Of a stretch of DNA of 64,000 nucleotides, positions 9,067 to 18,159 are shown one piece after another. Position numbers and translations under genes: made by a program. The notes under the pieces were generated by a model that made no database searches, had not been told where the DNA came from, and saw only the letters and a list, made by a program, of their open reading frames with translations. Source of the stretch: an uncultured Verrucomicrobiae bacterium (GTDB taxonomy: Bacteria; Verrucomicrobiota; Verrucomicrobiia; Limisphaerales; Palsa-1400); NCBI GenBank assembly GCA_963764165.1, contig CAVXRD010000002.1:3488001-3552000 (forward strand), read 5' to 3'. Each line of letters opens with the position of its first letter. Within the stretch, counting starts at the first letter, position 1.

Positions 9067-10203
9067 TCACGCAAGCTTGGAAGGTTCGGCGTCCAGCGGA
9101 AAGAGGCCATCCGCGGCAGGATTGGCCTCGCCCACGACGCTGTCAAGAGTGCGGAGGAGAATGGAATTGGCGCGGCTGACCCAGGAACGGTATTTGCCGT
9201 TCTCAAGGTGGTCCGGCAATTCAGAAAGACGGTCGAGATTGAAACTAGTGTCGGAAACACCAATGCCCATGCGCACCGCATCGACGGCGTTTATCTGCTG
9301 CTCGATGTGGCCCTCGACTGGCACGAGGAAAAGCGGCTTGCCGAGCCACGCGGCCTCGGCCAGAGACTCGAAGCCGGAGGTGCAGGCAACGTATTTGCAT
9401 TCGCCCATCATGCGCAGAAACTTTTCGCCATCCAAACGGTGAAAGCTGAGTTTGTCATCGTAACGCTGCTCGGCCGGTGCGCCGGGCTTGTCGTAAAAGC
9501 AATGCAAAGCCACCTCTGGATTCTTCTTATGCCACTCGATGATTTGCTCCGCGTAACCGTGATTCAAAAGGTAAACGAGAACGAACTTGCCATTCTCTTC
9601 AGGTGTTATGTCAAAAAGCTGGTTGCGCAAAATTGGCGGGGCGACCACAAGATCGCGCTCGGGCTGGTCCGGGGCTTCGTAAAGGGACAGAGCCACCTTT
9701 GTCGAACCGGCGCCCACCATGCGGATATACCACTTCATTCCCAATTGCTGCAGGCGGTTCTTTTTCACCTGAACGTAGGATGGGTGCTCCAGCATGAATT
9801 GATGGGCAACAGAAACAACTGGCGGGCGATTCCTGCTGGTAAGCGCGTAAAGGCCGGTGACCGGCTCGAAAAAATTGATGATGACGTCCGGTTGCGCTTC
9901 GCGGACGGCCTCCTTCACGGCACGCAGGCTGCGCCAATACGCGGGTATCTGGCGCGCCATGCCCGCCATCGTGGCAGGCATGCTTACCTTGCGATGATTC
10001 TTGCAGGCGAAATCAGGCGTCGCGATTTTCGTAATCGGCATCTTCATTGCCGATACAAAGAATGGGGCGGCCGGCCGGTGCAACCCCAACCCGAGGACCA
10101 CCTTTGTCACTTGATGCCCCGCCTTCTCCACTGTCTCCTTCACCGCTATCGCTTGAGTCATGTGACCCCGGCCCTCGCCTAGTATGCTGAGCATTATTTT
10201 CAT
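9067..10203 (-). CDS. GT-B glycosyltransferase (MJ1255/VC2487-like, GT1/GT28 type)
   Basis: GEGRGHMTQA N-terminal motif and CTSGFESLAEA..LGKP..LVPVEGHIEQQINA C-terminal motif. Confidence 0.85.
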   Translation of the reverse strand: MKIMLSILGEGRGHMTQAIAVKETVEKAGHQVTKVVLGLGLHRPAAPFFVSAMKMPITKIATPDFACKNHRKVSMPATMAGMARQIPAYWRSLRAVKEAVREAQPDVIINFFEPVTGLYALTSRNRPPVVSVAHQFMLEHPSYVQVKKNRLQQLGMKWYIRMVGAGSTKVALSLYEAPDQPERDLVVAPPILRNQLFDITPEENGKFVLVYLLNHGYAEQIIEWHKKNPEVALHCFYDKPGAPAEQRYDDKLSFHRLDGEKFLRMMGECKYVACTSGFESLAEAAWLGKPLFLVPVEGHIEQQINAVDAVRMGIGVSDTSFNLDRLSELPDHLENGKYRSWVSRANSILLRTLDSVVGEANPAADGLFPLDAEPSKLA

Positions 10204-10963
10204 GGAAATGTATTAAACGAATGTTTCCGTCGAAGTCTTCCACCAGCGCTGTGCAGCTTTCCACCCAATCGCCGCAGTTCATATAAACAACGCCGTCTTC
10301 CGGGCGAATCTCCGCCCGATGAACGTGCCCGCAAATGACGCCATGCACGTTTTGCTTTTTGGCCATCTGAATGATGGCGTCCTCGAAATCCGTAACGTAT
10401 TTGACAGCCTGCTTGGCTTTGAACTTGAGATAAGCCGCGATCGACCAATACCCGAACCCCATGGATCGGCGCAGGCGATTGAAGTAAAGATTGAAATCCA
10501 ATATCCAATCATACAACCGGGTGCCCACACGGTCGAGCAACCGATTGAAGTGCATGATGCCATCAAATTGATGGCCGTGCAACACCAGATACTTCTTGCC
10601 ATCAGCCGCCGTGTGAATGACTTCGCGGGCCAATACCACGCTGCCGAAATTCACATTGAGGAATTGTTCCAGGAATTCGTCATGGTTGCCGGTGATGTAG
10701 ATGATCTGCGTGTCCTTGCGGCTCTTGCGAAGAAGCTTTTGGATGAGCACATTGTAGCTGTCCTCCCAATGCCATTTGGAGCGAAGCGCCCACCCGTCCA
10801 CAAAATCGCCCACTAGATACAGATACCGGCAATCTGCCTGCCGCAAAAACTCGAGCAGCGGGCCGACCTGTGCATGCTTTGTTCCAAGATGAATATCCGA
10901 GATCCAAATGGAGCGAAAACGCATCTTCTCCGAGCCATTGAAATATTCAGTGTTCGCGATCAT
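10013..10963 (-). CDS. Metallophosphoesterase, LpxH-like/PlcP-like
   Basis: ISDIHLG, LVGDFVDGW, GNHD, LHGH, CGHVH and NCGDWVESCTA calcineurin-like motifs. Confidence 0.88.
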   Translation of the reverse strand: MIANTEYFNGSEKMRFRSIWISDIHLGTKHAQVGPLLEFLRQADCRYLYLVGDFVDGWALRSKWHWEDSYNVLIQKLLRKSRKDTQIIYITGNHDEFLEQFLNVNFGSVVLAREVIHTAADGKKYLVLHGHQFDGIMHFNRLLDRVGTRLYDWILDFNLYFNRLRRSMGFGYWSIAAYLKFKAKQAVKYVTDFEDAIIQMAKKQNVHGVICGHVHRAEIRPEDGVVYMNCGDWVESCTALVEDFDGNIRLIHFHENNAQHTRRGPGSHDSSDSGEGDSGEGGASSDKGGPRVGVAPAGRPILCIGNEDADYENRDA

Positions 10964-11152
10964 GGTTTAGTTCTTGCAAGGTGACTCTCCACCTTTTGCG
11001 GGGCACGTTCAATAGGAATAACGCGCGGAGGACAAAGTCTTACACAACTGTAACACGGCTGCCATTGAATCGCCGCAAAAGGCATCAATTCGTCATCAAA
11101 AAGCTACAGTGAATAACCTGTGAATAACTTGACTTGCTGTTGATTCACAATA

Positions 11153-11845
11153 ATGTGGAAGTCAATGGATGCATTAACCATCTCCCCCAGTTTGTTTCGC
11201 GCCGGCAAAACATGCCGCGACCGGGCGTGGCGCCTCCTGGCCGGATACAAACGGGTGGCCTCTTCTCGCGCGCAATGGGTCGGTTTCGCGGGACAGTCCC
11301 TGTTCTTCAATCCCTACCTCGCCGCCGCCGATATGTTCTTTGTCCATCCGGGCGCGGCGCACGGGGCGATCAGCCGCTGCCTCGCGAACGGGTGGGCTGC
11401 GCTCGGCACTTGCGGATTATACAGCAATGGGCGGGACGCCATTTTCCGCCGGCTTGGGATCATGGGATCGAAGACAATTTCGGGCGGATTCGTAACGATA
11501 CTGGCGGACACGGCCTACGGATTTGCAATGAATCTCCCCGGATTCATGGCCAACTATTTTTTGAGCGGCTGCGGCTTTCTTCCTTCCGTGCTTCTCGGCT
11601 TCAAAGCCTCGGCGGCGGCGTGCTGGACCAGTTCCATTGCGGGCGGCTTATTTGACACATTTGCCGCGCTGGATGGCGATGACCCGGTGAAGCGATCGCG
11701 CGTGCCAATCTTGATTCGCTGGGCTGTCATAGATAAGTTCGCCCTCAACACGCGCCGGAAACTGATCTGGCTTGGCCTCGCTATCTCCGTGGCAGTAACA
11801 CTGGCAATATATGGTTTCGCGCCCGGCGGGTTGTTGAGAAGATAG
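11153..11845 (+). CDS. Hypothetical membrane protein
   Basis: 230-aa ORF with several hydrophobic segments. Start is uncertain. Confidence 0.5.
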   Translation: MWKSMDALTISPSLFRAGKTCRDRAWRLLAGYKRVASSRAQWVGFAGQSLFFNPYLAAADMFFVHPGAAHGAISRCLANGWAALGTCGLYSNGRDAIFRRLGIMGSKTISGGFVTILADTAYGFAMNLPGFMANYFLSGCGFLPSVLLGFKASAAACWTSSIAGGLFDTFAALDGDDPVKRSRVPILIRWAVIDKFALNTRRKLIWLGLAISVAVTLAIYGFAPGGLLRR

Positions 11846-11869
11846 CGCCGGAAAAATGCGTCTGAGGAA

Positions 11870-12038
11870 GATGCCGGAGGCATCACAGATTGTAGCCGGT
11901 GGTTGAGCGAAGCGACACCACCGGACACGACGATAATAACGACTCATCCCGGCAGGGATGACAGCCGTATGGCGAGGCTGGCATCCTGTCAGGATGCAGA
12001 GGTCATTGGGGCATTTTTTCCGGTGGTATCGCTTCGCT
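11870..12038. repeat. REP/BIME-like palindrome cluster (left part, continuing at 13339-13385)
   Basis: GTAGCCGGTGGTTGAGCGAAGCGACACCACCGGA (11892-11925). Small hairpins at 11870-11884, 11945-11960 and 11981-11997. An inverted copy begins at 12019 and is split by IS4. Confidence 0.8.
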
Positions 12039-13338
12039 CATGCGTGTCCAGTTATAAGTGAAACAAAGGCAATGTGTTACGACTTTCCGAATCGTTTTCG
12101 GAAATGGCGTTTGTTGCAAGCAGCTCACCCAGAGGGGTTTGCTCAAACGCGCTGACGCTGAAAATTTGCAGGATTTCATACAGACTTTTCTCCAATTTCC
12201 AATGCTTTTTGGCGATGGCCACCAAGAGGTAAGTGCAAATGGCGCACCATATCTGGCATTGAATGGCGTTGCGGGAATGGCCGATGAAGCGGCGGATCCG
12301 CAGGTGCTGCTTGATCCATTTGAAGAACAGCTCCACCCTCCATCGCTTTTTGTATAATTCACAAATGGTCAGAGGAGGCAGTTCGAAATCATTGGTCAGA
12401 AACACCAGCGTGCGCTCTTCCAGCGCGTCCCGAAAAACCACTCGCCTGAGCGGAACCGGATACCGGCCTTTGGAGTCTTCGCCAGTCAAGCGAATGGTTT
12501 GATCGCACCGCAAACCGCCATCCTTGTCAACGACGCGAGATGCCTTCACCCTGAATTTGATCTGCCGCTTGTTGCGCACGACGAATTTGGCCCCGGCGGT
12601 TTCCACATTCATCAGCCTGGCGAAATCCAAATAGGCCCGGTCCATCACATGGAAGGCGCCGCGCTCCAAGGGAATCTGGTCGAGCATTTTCACGTCGGGA
12701 ACAGAGGCTTCCGTGAGCGCCGCCCACACCGGCAGGTCCCCCCGGAAGGACAGCATCGTGTGGAGCTTCATCGCGCCGGCGCGGGACCGTCCCCAATAGG
12801 CCCAAGGAAAGATTTTGATGCTCAGATGAATGATGGAGCTGTCCAAAGCCAGCGCGACGGCGGGAAAATCCGGGTCTGCGTTTTCAGGCTGGTAAAGCGC
12901 GCGGGCGCGCCGCATCAGCACTTCGGCCACTCCGGCAAAGACCCGCCAATCCCGGTTTTCGTTGGAGTAAGCCAGATTGGTCCGTGTGATCCTTCCCCGA
13001 AAGCCCAAATGATACTGCATGCGTGGACGGGCCTGCAGGCAGGCAACAATGTCGCGCAGACTCTCACGGTAAGTCAATTGTCCGAAACACAGAGCCAGGA
13101 AATGGTCGTAGGCGCTGAACGAGCGCGAGGAGCGCTTCATGGGAAAGGCCTCAGCGCAACGCCGAAATTCGGACGGATAAAGGAGATCGGTTAATTGGGA
13201 AAACACGTTTTGGTGGGAAGGCATTTGCCCAGCAAACCCGCTTCCAAACTGGATATCGAGAACAAACCCCAAATTCCCCAACCCTGCGATAATCAACGAC
13301 TTTGGGCGCGTTGGCAACGCCTTAACTGGACACGAGTG
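12039..13338 (-). mobile_element. IS4-family insertion sequence, complete (1300 bp)
   Basis: Terminal inverted repeats CATGCGTGTCCAGTTA (12039-12054) and TAACTGGACACGAGTG (13323-13338), 14/16 match. Flanked by 9-bp CGCTTCGCT / CGCTCCGCT, a target duplication with 1 mismatch. Confidence 0.9.
12052..13224 (-). CDS. IS4-family DDE transposase (DUF4372-type N-terminus)
   Basis: ALDSS, VMDRAY and YKKRWRVELFFKWIKQ (YREK signature). Stop codon lies in the terminal repeat. Confidence 0.93.
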   Translation of the reverse strand: MPSHQNVFSQLTDLLYPSEFRRCAEAFPMKRSSRSFSAYDHFLALCFGQLTYRESLRDIVACLQARPRMQYHLGFRGRITRTNLAYSNENRDWRVFAGVAEVLMRRARALYQPENADPDFPAVALALDSSIIHLSIKIFPWAYWGRSRAGAMKLHTMLSFRGDLPVWAALTEASVPDVKMLDQIPLERGAFHVMDRAYLDFARLMNVETAGAKFVVRNKRQIKFRVKASRVVDKDGGLRCDQTIRLTGEDSKGRYPVPLRRVVFRDALEERTLVFLTNDFELPPLTICELYKKRWRVELFFKWIKQHLRIRRFIGHSRNAIQCQIWCAICTYLLVAIAKKHWKLEKSLYEILQIFSVSAFEQTPLGELLATNAISENDSESRNTLPLFHL

Positions 13339-13385
13339 CGCTCCGCTCAACCACCGGCTACTAGCTTGCATCCCGGCCGGGATGC
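13339..13385. repeat. REP/BIME-like palindrome cluster (right part)
   Basis: CGCTCCGCTCAACCACCGGCTAC completes the REP begun at 12019. Hairpin GCATCCCGGCCGGGATGC at 13368-13385. Confidence 0.78.
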
Positions 13386-13432
13386 GCCGACCGCACTTGG
13401 CGGACAGGTTGGTTGGCGAGCACGCTCCACTC

Positions 13433-14443
13433 CTAAGCCAGCTTCAGAAGCTCTTCCGCGATTTGCACCGCGTTCAGCGCCGCGCCTTTGAGCAATTGGT
13501 CGCCGACCACCCAGAAGCAGAGTCCGTTGTCGAGCGCGCAATCGAGGCGCAGGCGGCCGACCTGGCAATTATACTTGTCAGTGGCACAAAGCGGCAGCGG
13601 GTATTCCTGCTTGGCCGGATTGTCCACCACGTCGAGGCCGGGCGCCTTGGCCAGCGCGGAGCGCGCGGCTTCGAGCAAGACTGGTTTTTCAAATTCTGCG
13701 CTCACCGCCACCGAATGCGCCCGGTAAACCGGCACGCGCACGCACGTCACACTGGCCCTGAACGCCGGGTGATGCATGATTTTGCGGCCCTCATTTTCCA
13801 TCTTCGCTTCTTCCTTGGTGTAACCGTTGGGCAGGAAAGCATCGACTTGTGGCAGCACGTTGAAAGCGATTTGGTGCGGGTAAACCTTTTTGGTCACCGT
13901 TTCGCCCGCGACGACCTGGCGCACCTGCTCGCGCAACTCTTCAATCGCCATTGCGCCCGTGCCGGAAACGGCCTGGTAACTGGAGGCGAAAATGCGTTTG
14001 ACACCGAAGGCTTGATGCAGAGGATAGAGCGCCATCAGCGTAATGGCGGTCGTGCAATTCGGATTCGCGATAATGCCCTTGTGTTTGGCGATGTCGGCGG
14101 CGTTGATTTCCGGCACGACCAGCGGCACGGAATCGTCCATGCGAAAGGCGCTGGAATTATCCACCACCACGCAGCCGGCTTGCACCGCCTTCGACGCAAA
14201 TTCCTTTGAGATGCTTCCGCCGGCGCTGAAAAGGGCGATGTCGATTCCCTTGAACGAATCGGCCGTCAATTCCTTGACCGCGATGGGCTGGCCGCGAAAC
14301 GGCATTTCCTTCCCCACCGAACGCGCGGAAGCGAGCAGCGTCAATTCGCCAACCGGGAATTTCCGCTTCTCCAGCGTTTTGATCATTTCGACGCCTACCG
14401 CGCCGGTCGCGCCGACAATGGCTACGTGGGGTTTTGCGTTCAT
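13433..14443 (-). CDS. asd: Aspartate-semialdehyde dehydrogenase
   Basis: VGATGAVG, DNSSAFRM, ANPNCTT catalytic Cys, SYQAVSG, DQLLKGAALNAVQI. Confidence 0.97.
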   Translation of the reverse strand: MNAKPHVAIVGATGAVGVEMIKTLEKRKFPVGELTLLASARSVGKEMPFRGQPIAVKELTADSFKGIDIALFSAGGSISKEFASKAVQAGCVVVDNSSAFRMDDSVPLVVPEINAADIAKHKGIIANPNCTTAITLMALYPLHQAFGVKRIFASSYQAVSGTGAMAIEELREQVRQVVAGETVTKKVYPHQIAFNVLPQVDAFLPNGYTKEEAKMENEGRKIMHHPAFRASVTCVRVPVYRAHSVAVSAEFEKPVLLEAARSALAKAPGLDVVDNPAKQEYPLPLCATDKYNCQVGRLRLDCALDNGLCFWVVGDQLLKGAALNAVQIAEELLKLA

Positions 14444-14455
14444 AAGGAGACGATT

Positions 14456-15676
14456 TTACTTTTGCAAGCTGCCGGCGAGGGACGCCGCCGCGCTTTTGCC
14501 GACCCGGGTCTTGGCCGGTTTATCTGGCGAAGCTTCGCGCAACTCCGCGATGACGCGCGGAATGTGTGTCAACAAATAATCCACTTCCACGTCGGTGTTG
14601 TAATAACCGAGGCTGAAACGGACGCAGCCCTTGGCCCGGGCAGGCTTGATGCCCATCGCGGTCAAAACGTGGGACGGATTCAGCGAGCCCGTCGTGCAAG
14701 CCGAACCGCTCGAGGCGCAAATTCCCAATTCATCGAGCTTCAGCAAAACCCCCTCCGCCTCAACAAAATCAAAAGCGATGTTGCTGGTGTTGGGCAATCG
14801 CGGTTCCTTCGCGCCGACACGGAGCGTGTCCGGAACAGTGCGCAAAATGGTTTGCTCCATGCGGTCGCGCATGGCTCGGACGCGGGTATTTTCCTCGGCA
14901 TGATGCGCCTGCGCCAATTCCGCCGCGCGGCCAAAGGCCACGATGCTGGCGACGTTTTCCGTGCCGCCGCGCCTGCCGCGCTCCTGATGCCCGCCGACGA
15001 CGTAAGGAAGAAATTTCACGCCCTGCCGAATGTAAAGCATGCCAACGCCCTTGGGCGCATGAAGCTTGTGGGCCGAAAGCGTCAGAAAATCCGCGCCGAC
15101 TTCCGCAACATCGAGTTTCAATTTGCCCGGCGTCTGGGTCGCGTCGGTGTGGAAAAGAACGCCCTTGCTGCGGCAAATGGCGGCGATTTCCTCGACGGGG
15201 AAAATCATGCCCGTCTCATTATTCGCCCACATCACGGAGACGACGGCGGTATCGGGCCGGATCGATTGATCGAGCAGATGCAAATCCAATTGGCCATCCG
15301 AATCGACCGGCAGAAACGTCACTTCGCAACCTTGTTTCTGCAACAGTTCGCAATGCTTGATAATCGCGGAATGCTCGACGGCGGTGGTGAGAATGTGGCG
15401 CTTGCCCGGCTGAGTCGCCAGGCAGCTTTGCAAAACGGCGTTGTTGCTCTCGGTGCCGCAACTGGTGAAAGTGATTTCCTTCGCGTCCGCGCCGATCAGC
15501 GCGGCGACTTTTTCGCGGGCGTTCTCAATGTGCCTGGCGACCTTGCTGCCGAAGCTGTAAGCGCTGGACGGATTGCCCCAGAACTCGCGCAGGAACGGAA
15601 GCATGGCATCCACCACCTCGGGCGCGACCCGCGTGGTGGCGTTGTTGTCAAAATAGTATGTCGGGCTTTCCGTCAT
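14456..15676 (-). CDS. nifS: Cysteine desulfurase, group I (NifS/IscS-like)
   Basis: YFDNNATT, SCGTESNN, SAHKLHAPKG (PLP Lys) and SSGSACT catalytic loop. Confidence 0.9.
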   Translation of the reverse strand: MTESPTYYFDNNATTRVAPEVVDAMLPFLREFWGNPSSAYSFGSKVARHIENAREKVAALIGADAKEITFTSCGTESNNAVLQSCLATQPGKRHILTTAVEHSAIIKHCELLQKQGCEVTFLPVDSDGQLDLHLLDQSIRPDTAVVSVMWANNETGMIFPVEEIAAICRSKGVLFHTDATQTPGKLKLDVAEVGADFLTLSAHKLHAPKGVGMLYIRQGVKFLPYVVGGHQERGRRGGTENVASIVAFGRAAELAQAHHAEENTRVRAMRDRMEQTILRTVPDTLRVGAKEPRLPNTSNIAFDFVEAEGVLLKLDELGICASSGSACTTGSLNPSHVLTAMGIKPARAKGCVRFSLGYYNTDVEVDYLLTHIPRVIAELREASPDKPAKTRVGKSAAASLAGSLQK

Positions 15677-15765
15677 GATGTCACTAATGGACAATGTTAC
15701 ATTCGGCATATTACGGTCTTCACATAAAACCGCAAGCAAGGATGGCAGCGCTTTATTTGGGAATA

Positions 15766-16020
15766 TTAATCGGCGTCGGGCTTTTTTGGTTTTTTCAATG
15801 ACGCTGCTGCGGAAGCGATGGCGGACAAATATTCTTTTGCTGTCTTTCTATTATCCTCGTCTTGGTCGAGCGCGCAGATCAACAGCCATACCTCCGCTTC
15901 ATCGATTGTGAGATCTGGATTGGCGACGACAAGATAACGGACGATGGCTTCCAGCGCCAACATGCGGCCCTCATATCTTTTGATTTGTTTCGCAGCTTCA
16001 GAAAGCTCGTTCGGATTCAT
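15766..16020 (-). CDS. Small hypothetical protein
   Basis: 84-aa ATG ORF preceded by GGA, co-oriented with its neighbours. Confidence 0.45.
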   Translation of the reverse strand: MNPNELSEAAKQIKRYEGRMLALEAIVRYLVVANPDLTIDEAEVWLLICALDQDEDNRKTAKEYLSAIASAAASLKKPKKPDAD

Positions 16021-16114
16021 TACTTGACGCTTATCCAGGATTTGGACTTGTTGCGCTGTGCCCCTGCGCCTTTGGGTCTTGGCCTCTTTGCGTTAAAATT
16101 TTCCCCTCAGCCGC

Positions 16115-16780
16115 TTATTCCGCCGGTGGCTTCGTCCCGTGATGCGCCGCGTAACTGGCGTAAGCCGCAATATCATCCAGCATCGCATCAATGGTGGCCG
16201 CTATGGGCGCGGCTTTGGCGAGGCCGGAAAACACGGCGCGGTCGCCGATGCTGCTTGTCAAAAGAAAGGCTGGACGCTGCGTGATTTTCAGCGAGTGAAA
16301 TTCGGCGGTGGATTCGCGGAGGCGCTTTTCAACCTCGGCGGATTTGGAGCGGAGCAAAAGTTTTTTCGCGTCCAGTTTGGCGGCCTTCGCGGCAGTCGCG
16401 GCGCACACTTTCGGATCGAGGACTTTTTTGCCTTCGCGCACGGCGGCGTGGGAGATGGCCAGCCGGATGCGGTCGTCGGTCACGCCAAAATCCTTCCCGG
16501 CCTCGGCGATGGCGTTGGGCACGAGAAATTCTGTGTGACCCGGCTCGGCCCAATCCGCGTTGAGCATGAACGGCGAACGCATCACGGTGCCGCTGCGGCG
16601 GTAATACCATTCCATTTGCGCTTTGGAAGAGGGAATGCCGGACGAGTCGAGCAGCGCGATCCGCCACTGGAAGTCCACCGATTTTCCAGCGTAGAGAGCC
16701 TTCAACTCCGTCCAGGCCGGCTCGGCCCAATAACACCACGACGACGTGACCTCGACAAAATAAGCAATGCTGACGTTCAT
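16115..16780 (-). CDS. DsbA/FrnE-like thioredoxin-fold protein
   Basis: YFVEVTSSWCYWA (single-Cys variant of the CPWC site) and late ITQRPAF cis-Pro-like motif. Start taken at MNVSIAY. Confidence 0.75.
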   Translation of the reverse strand: MNVSIAYFVEVTSSWCYWAEPAWTELKALYAGKSVDFQWRIALLDSSGIPSSKAQMEWYYRRSGTVMRSPFMLNADWAEPGHTEFLVPNAIAEAGKDFGVTDDRIRLAISHAAVREGKKVLDPKVCAATAAKAAKLDAKKLLLRSKSAEVEKRLRESTAEFHSLKITQRPAFLLTSSIGDRAVFSGLAKAAPIAATIDAMLDDIAAYASYAAHHGTKPPAE

Positions 16781-16886
16781 GCGACTCGAATTTACGGAGT
16801 CGCCAAGCGCGCGCAATCCAAATTCCGGAGTAGTGACCAACTGTCCATCTTGAAACCTTGAACCGGGCCGCTGCCATTTCAACGCG

Positions 16887-17081
16887 ATGACCATGCTTCT
16901 CGTGCCTATTGAAGGCGGTGCGGGTGCCTGCAGCATGCTTTGCCTTTTCGGAGTGGGTTTGGCGAAGTGGAGGCTCGGAATGGATGCACTCGGCGGGACA
17001 TTATATCCTTGGATTGCGGTCATTGCGGTTTGGGCACTGCTATATTTTATGTGGCGACATTCACGAAAACCAAAGGCGTAA
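16887..17081 (+). CDS. Possible small membrane protein
   Basis: Hydrophobic segment (WIAVIAVWALLYFMW) followed by a basic tail. Start is uncertain. Confidence 0.3.
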   Translation: MTMLLVPIEGGAGACSMLCLFGVGLAKWRLGMDALGGTLYPWIAVIAVWALLYFMWRHSRKPKA

Positions 17082-17146
17082 CGAATGTTGCGGGGTTTTC
17101 AAAGCGCGATTAGGCTTGGCTCCGACAAGGCAAATGCTGAAACACT

Positions 17147-18028
17147 ATGAGTAATTCGGGTCGCAATGATCCCTGCCACTGCGGCAGTGGGAAGAAGTAT
17201 AAGAAATGCTGCTGGCGCGGCGCTGGGGTGGCGCAGCCTCGCGTCGCCGCCGCGGAAAATACTGAGGAACACTTTATCGCGGAATTGCGGCCTTATTTGG
17301 ATGAAAAGGTCGATCGCGCGCTGGCACGGCTTGAATCAGGCGCGGGCCGCGCGGTTGAGCCTGAAATCAAGGCGTTGCTCCAGAAGTATCCCCGCTATCA
17401 CCAGACGAATTATGCGATGGGTGTTTATCTGGCCACGATCACGAAAGACCCCCTCGGCGCAATGCCGTTTTTTGAGAAAGCGGTGCAAATCTTTCCGCCT
17501 TTTGCGGAGGCCCATTTTAATCTCGCAACTGCAGCCCGCCTGGCTGGCGATGTTCCTAAGATGGTGAGGGAGCTCCGAGCCACGCTGCGTTACGCCAAAT
17601 CGGGTGGTGAACTGGAGCGGATGGCGCAGAATGAACTCGATTTTCTAGAAAAAATTGTTCTCGAAGCAGGGCCCTTCACCTCTTTGGATGCGTATATGGC
17701 GAACGCGGAGCTCTTTGATGAAGCCTTCCAATGTTTGAACGCGCGGGATTTCGAAAAGGCAGCGCAGCTTTTCCGCCGTGTCCTAGCCGATAATCCCAAT
17801 CATGTGCAATCTTTCGGGAATCTGGCCCTGGCACTTGCCGGGCTGGGCCAGCGAGCCGCCGCGCTGAAATGTCTTGATCGCGCCCTGGAGCTCGACCCCG
17901 GATACGAACCGGCCATCATCAACCGCCGCGGTATTGCGCAAATGCGCGAAGGAGAACCCTTTTCCCCAGCCGCGATCCAGGAGACGCATAATTACAGCGA
18001 AAAGCTCAACCGGGAGAAGGCGCTTTGA
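17147..18028 (+). CDS. SEC-C motif and TPR-repeat protein
   Basis: GRNDPCHCGSGKKYKKCC zinc motif. TPRs such as AEAHFNLA and ALKCLDRALELDPGY. Confidence 0.88.
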   Translation: MSNSGRNDPCHCGSGKKYKKCCWRGAGVAQPRVAAAENTEEHFIAELRPYLDEKVDRALARLESGAGRAVEPEIKALLQKYPRYHQTNYAMGVYLATITKDPLGAMPFFEKAVQIFPPFAEAHFNLATAARLAGDVPKMVRELRATLRYAKSGGELERMAQNELDFLEKIVLEAGPFTSLDAYMANAELFDEAFQCLNARDFEKAAQLFRRVLADNPNHVQSFGNLALALAGLGQRAAALKCLDRALELDPGYEPAIINRRGIAQMREGEPFSPAAIQETHNYSEKLNREKAL

Positions 18029-18159
18029 GCGGAGCGCGGCTGTGTTCGAAGGAGCGAAGCGACGAAGAATCAGCCGCAGCGCGTGGCGATCCATCGGTGC
18101 GTCTCTCGGTTCAACGTGCTGCGACTGGTCTGCGACACAGTCGCGCTCCCACGCTTGCG

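Noticed and set aside
7900..10182. Long plus-strand ORFs opposite GH1 and the GT (and similar ones opposite nifS, asd and the kinases)
   Set aside because: Antisense shadows typical of high-GC coding DNA. The opposite strand carries the recognisable family motifs.
14456..15676. nifS as evidence for nitrogen fixation or an isc/suf cluster
   Set aside because: No nifU, nifHDK, isc or suf genes are nearby. It is treated as a stand-alone desulfurase.
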